From a virus: DNA of 64,000 nucleotides. The notes below the pieces were generated by a model. The model was not told where the DNA came from and searched no databases. It saw only the letters and a list, made by a program, of their open reading frames with translations. The stretch is taken from positions 32,001-96,000 of IMG/VR virus record IMGVR_UViG_3300005663_000028. The stretch is one strand, 5' to 3'. This document shows, piece by piece, positions 37,894 through 46,100 of the stretch. Made by a program: the position numbers and the translations under genes. Positions within the stretch are counted from its first letter, which is position 1, and the number at the start of each line of letters is the position of its first letter.

Positions 37894-38181
37894 TTGAATA
37901 AGATGTTGGAATGTTGTCTACCCAGTGATCAGATGGTTGAGGTATTGTTCAAGGGCGAAAAAGAAAAAGCTAAATTAGCTATTGCCGCAGCTTTTACAGA
38001 GACCGGAACTCACCTGATATTGATTCTCGCAGACGGTAAACAGCGTACTGTACCAATATCTATTTTTACGGACAATCCGGTTGCAGTGCCAAACTTTAAC
38101 ACTTTAGAGCTTTGTGACTATGGACGTACTGTTAAATTTGGCACATATGAAGCGGCAGTAGATTTTGCTTTGAAATACTGA
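37894..38181 (+). CDS. DUF2442-like small protein (tentative)
   Basis: LILILADGKQRTVPISIF...DYGRTVKFG. Confidence 0.4.
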   Translation: MNKMLECCLPSDQMVEVLFKGEKEKAKLAIAAAFTETGTHLILILADGKQRTVPISIFTDNPVAVPNFNTLELCDYGRTVKFGTYEAAVDFALKY

Positions 38182-38252
38182 CTGTAGCGTAGTCTGGCCA
38201 ACGCGCCGCGTTTGGGACGCGGAGATCGCAAGTTCGAGTCTTGCCAGTCAGA
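38178..38252 (+). tRNA. tRNA-Pro(UGG)
   Basis: CTGACTG/CAGTCAG acceptor, A73, anticodon arm CCGCG-TTTGGGA-CGCGG, TTCGAGT T loop. Confidence 0.9.
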
Positions 38253-38274
38253 ATCTTGAAGGGGAAAGGGGATT

Positions 38275-38439
38275 ATGAGAAAATTAATTCGTAAATTTGT
38301 TTGCTGGCTAATCGGCTGTAACTACATTTGTCTTCATCGTTTTGTGATCGAACGTGATTACAATCTCAGTTCCACTGTAAGTGGATGGCAATGTATCCGG
38401 TGCGACAATCGTAGACACGAACAGTGGGATGATGTGTGA
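38275..38439 (+). CDS. 54-aa Cys/His protein
   Basis: MRKLIRKFVCWLIGC...CIRC; purine-rich RBS; below track cutoff. Confidence 0.5.
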   Translation: MRKLIRKFVCWLIGCNYICLHRFVIERDYNLSSTVSGWQCIRCDNRRHEQWDDV

Positions 38440-38759
38440 TGAATAAAATACCGAAACTAGGAAAAGACTGTGAACAACACCTGTACTCAGAATACTTTGG
38501 ATGTAGATGTACAAGTAATGAGCACCTTGTGTTGTTCACTCTTGATGCTTATGATCCTCAATATGTTGAGTTTTGCGTATCAGTTAAAATGAATCAATAT
38601 CATGGATTTTTTGCAAAACTCTGGGTTGCAGTGAAATATCTGTTTGGTCGTAAATGTAAGGATGCGGTTGATCATTGGGATACTGTTATGCTGAAAATTG
38701 AAGATGTTGATCGGTTAATTGAAATGCTACAAAAGTATAAAAGGCTATCTGAGGAGTAA
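38436..38759 (+). CDS. hypothetical protein
   Basis: Coupled start/stop; CRC...H motif. Confidence 0.5.
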   Translation: MMNKIPKLGKDCEQHLYSEYFGCRCTSNEHLVLFTLDAYDPQYVEFCVSVKMNQYHGFFAKLWVAVKYLFGRKCKDAVDHWDTVMLKIEDVDRLIEMLQKYKRLSEE

Positions 38760-38761
38760 GT

Positions 38762-39229
38762 ATGTCTTTGACGTCAAGCGACATTCATAAAGTAGTTCAT
38801 GAGCTTAGGTATAGCCAGGGTGGTAATGTTGCGGATAATGTGGAGGCATTTGTGATCAATACTGAAGACTTAAGAGATTTGTTAAGGCAAGATCAATTTT
38901 CTAATCAATTTCCCCTTTGGGGTACGGGTTGTGATCCTGGACAGTTGAAGATTTGTGGAATAAAGATTATAGATAGCCCATACATAGAGAAAGGTGTTGT
39001 TTTTAAGATGTTCAAAAATGACCCATTGTACAGAAATTTCACTGATTTCACACTCCCTCCCGAATGGCCGATAAAATATATACCTTCATCATCACCAACT
39101 GGTTCGGATAAGGATGAAATAGAAAAAATGAAATTGAAAATAAAAATCTTGGAGTTAGAAACTGGACCAGTAGTTAAGGAAAAATCTAAGAAGAAGTATA
39201 GCCAGACACGAAAGATTAAATTAGGTTAA
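38762..39229 (+). CDS. hypothetical protein
   Basis: RBS GAGGAG. Confidence 0.5.
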   Translation: MSLTSSDIHKVVHELRYSQGGNVADNVEAFVINTEDLRDLLRQDQFSNQFPLWGTGCDPGQLKICGIKIIDSPYIEKGVVFKMFKNDPLYRNFTDFTLPPEWPIKYIPSSSPTGSDKDEIEKMKLKIKILELETGPVVKEKSKKKYSQTRKIKLG

Positions 39230-39302
39230 GGGGGAGTAGCTCAGTTGGGAGAGCGTTGCCCTTGCAAGGCAAAGGCCGCCGGATCGTAGCCGGTCTCCTC
39301 CA
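39230..39302 (+). tRNA. tRNA-Ala(UGC)
   Basis: GGGGGAG/CTCCTCC acceptor with G3:U70, arm TTGCC-CTTGCAA-GGCAA; T loop ATCGTAG is atypical. Confidence 0.85.
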
Positions 39303-39322
39303 GTTACTCGAAAGGATAGAAA

Positions 39323-39526
39323 ATGTTATCAACAGAAAGAGGTGTTGCACTACAACATTTGTGTGAGCATCGCATTAACGACGCGGATGAATATGGTGCC
39401 GCATTAGAAATGATTGACTTTATAGCGACAGAAGAAAAACTCACCGACGACCAGAAACTGTTTACAGAAACTCTAATATCTATTGTTGATGAGTATGAGG
39501 AAAAACATTATCCTTATGGAAATTAA
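39323..39526 (+). CDS. HigA antitoxin N-terminal-like protein lacking the HTH
   Basis: INDADEYGAALEMID...TLISIVDEYEEKHYP. Confidence 0.65.
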   Translation: MLSTERGVALQHLCEHRINDADEYGAALEMIDFIATEEKLTDDQKLFTETLISIVDEYEEKHYPYGN

Positions 39527-39529
39527 ATT

Positions 39530-39547
39530 GGGTCGATAGCTCAGTAG
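39530..39547 (+). pseudogene. 5' tRNA remnant
   Basis: GGGTCGATAGCTCAGTAG (acceptor 5' strand plus half D arm) running into a TGTATAA motif. Confidence 0.4.
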
Positions 39548-39586
39548 TGTATAAACATATGCACTTACCACAAAATGGTGATATAA

Positions 39587-39769
39587 ATGCACAAAAAAGA
39601 AACTGGAATTCCGTGTTTTGAGTGTGGCAAGCGATCTGGGATAGATTGTCCTGGACGTAGACCAGACGAGGCTACTCGCTGTACTGTGTGTATGGAAGAG
39701 TTTATGGGGCGAATACGTAGAATTTCAGAAAAATATAAAGACTCACTGAAAAGACTAGCTGATTCTTAG
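39587..39769 (+). CDS. zinc-ribbon protein with Doc-partner-antitoxin-like C-terminal helix
   Basis: CFEC...CTVC then MEEFMGRIRRISEKYKDSLKRLADS. Confidence 0.45.
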   Translation: MHKKETGIPCFECGKRSGIDCPGRRPDEATRCTVCMEEFMGRIRRISEKYKDSLKRLADS

Positions 39770-39779
39770 GAGAAAAAAA

Positions 39780-39851
39780 ATGAATAAACAACAGCAATCA
39801 TCCCAATCGAGTAGTCAGCGGCTCAAGAGCCGTCTGGGGTGGATTGTGTAA
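39780..39851 (+). CDS. 23-aa Gln/Ser-rich putative leader peptide (MNKQQQSSQSSSQRLKSRLGWIV)
   Basis: RBS AGGAG; five Gln codons; directly upstream of a terminator and tRNA-Gln. Confidence 0.55.
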   Translation: MNKQQQSSQSSSQRLKSRLGWIV

Positions 39852-39875
39852 ATTCATATATGTGAAAACACACAG

Positions 39876-39909
39876 AACCGGATGGTCCGATAGGGCTGTC
39901 CGGTTTTTT
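39876..39909 (+). terminator. intrinsic terminator upstream of tRNA-Gln
   Basis: AACCGGATGGTCC-GATA-GGGCTGTCCGGTT plus T-run. Confidence 0.75.
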
Positions 39910-39930
39910 ATTTGGAAAGCTTTCCGTTTT

Positions 39931-40002
39931 GGCCCTGTAGTGTAATGGAAACACAATAGTCTTTGAAACTAGAGATTCCTGGTTCGAGCCCAGGCAGGGC
40001 CG
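39931..40002 (+). tRNA. tRNA-Gln(UUG)
   Basis: GGCCCTG/CAGGGCC acceptor, G73, loop CTTTGAA, T arm CCTGG-TTCGAGC-CCAGG. Confidence 0.9.
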
Positions 40003-40014
40003 TTTTTCCTCCTT

Positions 40015-40023
40015 GGTGTATAA
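40015..40023 (+). promoter_or_regulatory. GGTGTATAA motif
   Basis: Exact copy where structural genes resume. Confidence 0.65.
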
Positions 40024-40106
40024 AACAATAGAGATGAATCCATTAAGCCTTCAGTACGCGTGTGCTGGAATCTTTGTGGCCTTATTTGTAAAGAGGAGGT
40101 ATAGTT

Positions 40107-40658
40107 ATGGGTTTAGTAACTGACACATGGGGAGCAAATCGAAATCCAAGTCCAAAACCGTTCACAATGTACAAGACCCTTTCGGTTACGGCTGCATCTG
40201 GGTCGGCAAAAACAGACACGCAGAATTTTTTCAGTAAAAATTGTCCGTTTCCTGTGAAAATCACTAGTTTTGAGGTTCAATGCGTTTCTGTTTCTGGTGC
40301 TGGCTTCAGTGGTAGTGGATCAGCTATGACCGTTGCTTTGCAAAGAGATACGAACGTTGATGCATCTCCAACCGCTCCAGTTACGGCAACATTTAGCAAT
40401 ACTATTTGTACTGTAAACTGCTCTGGTATTGCATCAAGCACAGACAAGAGCTTGTTTAAGGCTCCTTCTAATGCTGGAGACCGGGTTGATGTAGGTCTGG
40501 ATCAGACTTACGTAGCGGTTCCGAAGGGTGGTTCCTTGAGGGCAACACTGTCGGCGCAGGCTAATGATGCAATTGGAGTATCAGGCTCTACCCCTGTTGA
40601 GCTTTTAGCTGTAATAGAATGTGTACCAACAGCAACTTGGGACCAGATATACTTCTAA
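40107..40658 (+). CDS. putative abundant virion decoration protein
   Basis: Ser/Thr/Ala-rich beta protein with own motif, RBS GAGGAGGT and terminator. Confidence 0.5.
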   Translation: MGLVTDTWGANRNPSPKPFTMYKTLSVTAASGSAKTDTQNFFSKNCPFPVKITSFEVQCVSVSGAGFSGSGSAMTVALQRDTNVDASPTAPVTATFSNTICTVNCSGIASSTDKSLFKAPSNAGDRVDVGLDQTYVAVPKGGSLRATLSAQANDAIGVSGSTPVELLAVIECVPTATWDQIYF

Positions 40659-40688
40659 TATAGTAACAAAATACATCTTTATTAGACT

Positions 40689-40720
40689 AAGATCGAGGGT
40701 GAAAACTCTCGGTCTTTTTT
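40689..40720 (+). terminator. intrinsic terminator
   Basis: AAGATCGAGGGT-GAAA-ACTCTCGGTCTT plus T-run. Confidence 0.75.
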
Positions 40721-40729
40721 ATTGGCGAT

Positions 40730-40738
40730 GGTGTATAA
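40730..40738 (+). promoter_or_regulatory. GGTGTATAA motif
   Basis: Exact copy before chaperone/tape-measure operon. Confidence 0.65.
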
Positions 40739-40789
40739 TATTAATAAGGACAGAATTTAGGTTTAGGACAGACAGTACCACTTACATTT

Positions 40790-41896
40790 TTGGGACTGGG
40801 AAGGTGTTATATGAACGTTTCTGAAAAAGAAATGCTGATTGATCAGATAATCTGCAAAGATATTTCAGCAACAATTCTTGATCGCAATGACGCACTTATT
40901 TCGTTTGTACTCCACTCTCCCACCCCCAAAGAACAAGCAAAGGCAGCAACGGTGTATTTGGTTGAATATCAACGAGCCATCATTTCGGGTCTATTCAATG
41001 AGGAGGATACTATAAAAAACATGATCATTCTTGGCGATTGGAGTGAACAAAAAGAAACAGAAATCGCTGGATTATACAAAGACATTCACACTATACGCAG
41101 TGAATTATTAGACCTTATATTTAACACAACCAAATTAGAACGAGCACGCTCCCTTTTGCGTCGTGCTGAAACAGCATTATTGGATCGATTATCACAAAGA
41201 CATACTATACTCAACAATAGTGCAGAGAGCCATGCAATTAATTGTCAACAGAGATATTTGATTAGTTGTATTACGGAAACAGAAGATGGACTATTATTTT
41301 GGGATACTATAAATGACTTTGAAAAATTCGAAGATATCAGCATAGTTACACAGTTATGTGAATTTTTTTTCACGAAGTCCCATCTTTCATCTAAGAAAAT
41401 CAGAGAATTGGCTCGATCTCAAAGATGGAGAATGTATTGGGAGGTAGCCAAAGCCACCAATGATTTGTTTGATGGTTCTGTATCTAGATGGTCTTGGAAT
41501 CAGATAGAATTATCTTATTGGTCCACTATTTATGATTCTGTTTATGAAGCTTATGAACGTCCTTCGAGAGATATTATTGTTGATGACGATTTGTTAGATT
41601 CATGGTTTATAAAACAGGGAGAGAAAAGTAACAATAAAACAACAGTAAACACACCATCGCATTCTGGTAAGTCTGGTGGCCGTAATGAAGAATTTATTAT
41701 GGCCGACAAAGAAGGTGCTAAGCGTGTTTATAATATAAACGATTCTAATTCTCGTGCCAAAATTCAGGCTCGTCAAAAGATATTGAATCGACAGGGTGTT
41801 GTTTCGGATCAAAATATGCCTGACAGTCAAATGGAGCTTAGACAACAAGCGGTGGAAAAGGAACGACAACACATCAAAAGTATTAGTAGTAAATAA
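40790..41896 (+). CDS. putative tail assembly protein
   Basis: Upstream of tape measure; DDDLLDSWFI motif; likely start ATG 40811. Confidence 0.45.
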   Translation: MGLGRCYMNVSEKEMLIDQIICKDISATILDRNDALISFVLHSPTPKEQAKAATVYLVEYQRAIISGLFNEEDTIKNMIILGDWSEQKETEIAGLYKDIHTIRSELLDLIFNTTKLERARSLLRRAETALLDRLSQRHTILNNSAESHAINCQQRYLISCITETEDGLLFWDTINDFEKFEDISIVTQLCEFFFTKSHLSSKKIRELARSQRWRMYWEVAKATNDLFDGSVSRWSWNQIELSYWSTIYDSVYEAYERPSRDIIVDDDLLDSWFIKQGEKSNNKTTVNTPSHSGKSGGRNEEFIMADKEGAKRVYNINDSNSRAKIQARQKILNRQGVVSDQNMPDSQMELRQQAVEKERQHIKSISSK

Positions 41897-41906
41897 GGGG
41901 GTCGTA

Positions 41907-42275
41907 ATGTCTCAAAAAGAAGAAGAGTTAGCGTTGTTACGACAACAAAACAATGAGGTTAAGCGTGGACGCATAGCCAGGGATTCCCGCGACCGTCTAA
42001 AGAAAATAGCACACAAAAAATTTAGAACTTGTTTTATTTCTGCGTTAGTTGAATTTGAGAACACTTTTGGTCTTATTGTTTGGGGTCACAACTTGCCAGA
42101 AGATGGTATTACAATAGAACAAAAAGCAAATCGAGTACTGTGGGAACAGGTTCGAAAAAATATTTTAGACAAAGGAAACACCCAATCGCGTGCATTGGGT
42201 ATGGAAATAGACCTACACAGTGTAGAGTTTGAAGGATATAGGATAGAATTTGGAGGAATAAGAGATGAGCAGTAA
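41907..42275 (+). CDS. hypothetical tail-module protein
   Basis: RBS GGGGG before ATG 41907 (shorter than the track ORF). Confidence 0.5.
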   Translation: MSQKEEELALLRQQNNEVKRGRIARDSRDRLKKIAHKKFRTCFISALVEFENTFGLIVWGHNLPEDGITIEQKANRVLWEQVRKNILDKGNTQSRALGMEIDLHSVEFEGYRIEFGGIRDEQ

Positions 42276-43137
42276 AAGTGAAAAAACAATCATCAATACT
42301 GTTGATGAAGATGGCAAAAAATTACACCTTACTATTAAAATGCCAGGACATAAGGTGTTGCAAGAAGCACAAATGGTTTACAATGTTGAGTTAACATCTC
42401 TTATCAAACAAAGTGTTTCTGGAAACAAACAACTTTTCTCCAAACAACAACTAGAAAGACATCTTAACGAACTTGGCGTGTGGACGGAGGTTGATGCAAA
42501 GAGGTTTCTTCAATTACAGATAGAATTACGAGAATCGGAACTTAAGTTAAAGCAGGGTGGTATTCCTGTCTCTGAAGCAAAAATCATTGCTTTGACGATG
42601 AAAGCTAAAAGGGCGGTTCTACTAGTTCTCTATGGTCAGCGATCTCAATTTGATGCTATTACAATGGAAGCCATTGCTGATAATCATAAATTCAAGTTCT
42701 TACTTACTAAATGCATTGTTGTCGAAGAAACCAATGTCCCACTCTTTACAAGTATCAACGATTATGAAACAAAACAGAATGAAAAATCTGCTATTGATGC
42801 CGCTACAACCCTTGCTGGGTTAATATATGGATACGACGAAAACACTGAAGCTAAGCTTGTTGAAAATCAGTGGTTAGAGCAATTTGAATTTGCCGACAAC
42901 AAGGGTAGACTCGTAGATGATAATAAACGTCTTATCGATTCAGAGGGCAAACTCATTAATGAGGATGGTCGTTTTGTCGATGAGAAGGGAAGTTTAGTTG
43001 ATAATATAGGTAGACCAATAGATGAAGATGGTAATTTTGTAGTCAAGAAAACCAAGCCGTTTACAGATGATAATGGTAATCCAATAACCAAGACTACTAA
43101 AAAGCGAAAAAGCGTGAAGAGTAAGGTTAAGAAATAG
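42265..43137 (+). CDS. putative tail assembly chaperone with 7-aa [LF][VI]DxxG repeats
   Basis: Directly before tape measure. Confidence 0.5.
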   Translation: MSSKSEKTIINTVDEDGKKLHLTIKMPGHKVLQEAQMVYNVELTSLIKQSVSGNKQLFSKQQLERHLNELGVWTEVDAKRFLQLQIELRESELKLKQGGIPVSEAKIIALTMKAKRAVLLVLYGQRSQFDAITMEAIADNHKFKFLLTKCIVVEETNVPLFTSINDYETKQNEKSAIDAATTLAGLIYGYDENTEAKLVENQWLEQFEFADNKGRLVDDNKRLIDSEGKLINEDGRFVDEKGSLVDNIGRPIDEDGNFVVKKTKPFTDDNGNPITKTTKKRKSVKSKVKK

Positions 43138-43149
43138 AAGGTGGTTTGA

Positions 43150-46100
43150 ATGGCACAGCCCTTTATTCTAGATGTTATTTTACAAATTCAGAAACTGGAT
43201 GGTCTTGATGTAGTCAAGCAGCAACTGGCTGGTATACAAGTGGGTGGTATTGGTCAAACTGGTAAATTGGCCAAAGGTCTAAAGAACGTGGGTATCCAGG
43301 CGAGTACTGCTGCAATACATGTAGCTAGGGGTGCTAATGTCACTATTAAAATGGGTAATGCCGCCAAGAAAACAGGTAGTCAACTTAAGGGTGCTGGTAA
43401 GGCTGCTAAAGGTTTCGGTGACCAAATACTTTTGGCGGGCAAGAGATACGGTGCATTTCTTGGTGCCACAGTTGTTGCGTTTAAGGCTTTTCAACTAATC
43501 GGTTCTGGCACTAGGGCTGTAATTGAGTTTGATCAGGCCATAGTTTCATTATCTCAAATCCTTGACAAACCAATTGATCAACTACAAGAGTTGTCTAAGC
43601 AGTTTCTAGATTTGTCGGTTACTACTGGTACGAGTGCAAAAGAAATTGCTGAAGCTGCTAAGCTGCTGGCTCAAGCTGGTTTTAGAGGTAGTGAGCTAAC
43701 AGAGGCAATCAGTCAATTAGCCAAGGTACCTCTTACTCCTATTTTTGAGAATATGGATCAAGCAGTCGACGGCGCTATTGCTGCGTTGAGACAGTTCTCT
43801 GATGAGGGCTTAACGGTAGAGAGTGTCTTTGATAAGATAATCAACGTTTCTAACAAATATGCGGCATCTTTTCCTGACATCATCGAAGGTCTCAAGAGAG
43901 GTGGTTCTGCTTTCCAGGCTATTGGCGGAACACTAGACGAGTTCATAGCAGCCTTTACAACTATCAGGTCCGTTACCAGAGAAAGTGCCTCATCTGTTGG
44001 TACATCTCTGAAAACCCTCTCTTCTCGTCTTGCTGATCCTAAGATCATCAAATTCTTGGAGACCAAAAATATCAGGGTTCTTGAAGAAGGTCAATTCGTT
44101 GGTCCACTTGAAGCGATACGTCGTATCGGTGATGGTCTTGAAAGACAAACAACTATACAAGACAAGATTAACATTGCAACCAAGCTCGGTGGTCGACGAC
44201 AAATCAGTCGTTTCTTAGCGGTGGCACAGAATGCAGAGAAAACAGATAGGATTCTGGAAGATGCCAAAAATTCTTCTGGTGCATTTAGCAAAGTGGCGGA
44301 TCAAGGATTACAGGCTATAGGTAAGCAAATTGACATACTTGTAGCAAAAGCACAAAAATTAGCAATAGACCTCGGTGCAGATTTATTCATTCCATTTATT
44401 GAAGGATTAACAGGTGCCGCAGAAGGTGCAATTGCACTACTTGGTGCACTTAAACCGATACTCCCACTTATTTCTAAAATAGGCGCTGTCTTGGCTGGCG
44501 GGGCCATAATTAAGGGTCTAGGGTCATTCATTGGGCCAAGACTTGGCCAACTTGCTGGTCCTGCTGCTTTTGCTGCCGCAGGTGGGGGTCGAAAAGGTAT
44601 TTCGGCTGGTATTGGCGCTAGTCCTTTTGCACAAGCTGGTCTTTTGATCGCTGCTTCGGAAACTGCTGCTGCTTTGGTTCGTACTGCTGATGGTGCTGAT
44701 TCTTTTACTGCGAGCTTGATTTCATCCATTGGTGCCATCACAGCCGCTATAGCATTATTCAGAGGTCAAACCATAGCACAGTTTGCTACTGGTGGTGGTC
44801 TATTTAAGAACTTAGGCAAATTAGGAAAACTTGGTGCTCTTGCTGGAACAGCAGCTACTATTGGTACCATTGCCTTACCACTTATAATAGGAAAAGCACA
44901 AGATAGTGCTCAAGAATTAACAGACAGAATAATTGAAAGTGCGAGAAAAGCTATATCAAATATTTCTCTAGACGCTGAGGGTCCGAATCAGGTTTCTGAT
45001 ATTCTTGGTAACCTATACCAAGAAGTAGGAAAGGGTATACAAGAATTCATAAAAAGTGCCGATCCACTACAAGACCCAAGTTTGTCCAAATCACTTGCTG
45101 GAATAGGAAGGGCTCTTAGCGGTTTATTCGAAGGCGACTTTGAGGCAGTATTTGGGCCAGAAGGTAGTGCGAGTAGTCGTGGTGGATTATCCAGTAAACA
45201 GATTCAAAAGAAAATAGAAGAACTTATTGGTAGTCGTCCAAAATTAGTGGAAGGACTAATTGACAGTGTTGCTCAAACCCTTATTGACACAGGGAAAACA
45301 AAAAGAGTACGAGGTAATGCTAGGCAAAGTTTGATTACACAAACCATTGCGAGTGGCCGAACTCCTGAAGCTGCTAGTGTATTAGTAGATGCGATTATTA
45401 AAGCAGCGGGAGGTTTAGATAAGTTCAATGATGGAGTTCGTAATAATATCAACACTATTCAAACAGAAAATATTGCGAGAGAAAAAACAGTTGCTTTAAT
45501 GAGAAATTTTATTCCGACTAAAGTGGTTGGTCAACTACTTAGCTTTTCTAAAGCTGTTGATAAAACAACCAGAATAATCAACACATCTGCTAAACTGTTC
45601 CAATCACAAATAGCAGAAATTGCAGGAGGCATTAGGGCTCCTAAGCTTGATTTTGATTTTGGATCACAGCAGGTAGAAAATTTGATTAAAGGTGGCGGTC
45701 TGAAAGACCTGTTCGCATTCACTCCAGATATTCCAAGTTTTGTTGGTGCCTTCGATGATATTGATTCTTTATTAAGCCGTTTTATAACAAGCGTTAGTGA
45801 CTTGCCAACTGGACTCGATTTTAATGTTGAAGACATTGTGGATCAATTTTTTAAGTTAGAAAACATACCCGCTGTTTTGAAAGATAAGTTTGCCGATTTC
45901 TTTGATACTACGGCACAGGATATACGTAATGTTGCTGAGGGAAAATTCATTAGCGCAGACGAAATTAAGCAAAGATTTCAGAAAGAATTTGAAAATCTTG
46001 GTGTAGGTACTACTGATGCTGTTGTTGAATCTGTTGTTCAATTCATGAATAGTACATTTACGCAAATTGAGGATGAATTAAATAGGCTGGCAACAGTCCG

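Noticed and set aside
40034-40123. 29-aa upstream ORF in the leader of 40107
   Set aside because: Weak RBS, no recognisable features; likely chance
40790-43150. Programmed -1 frameshift in tail chaperones
   Set aside because: No convincing X XXY YYZ slippery site with an overlapping open frame found by eye
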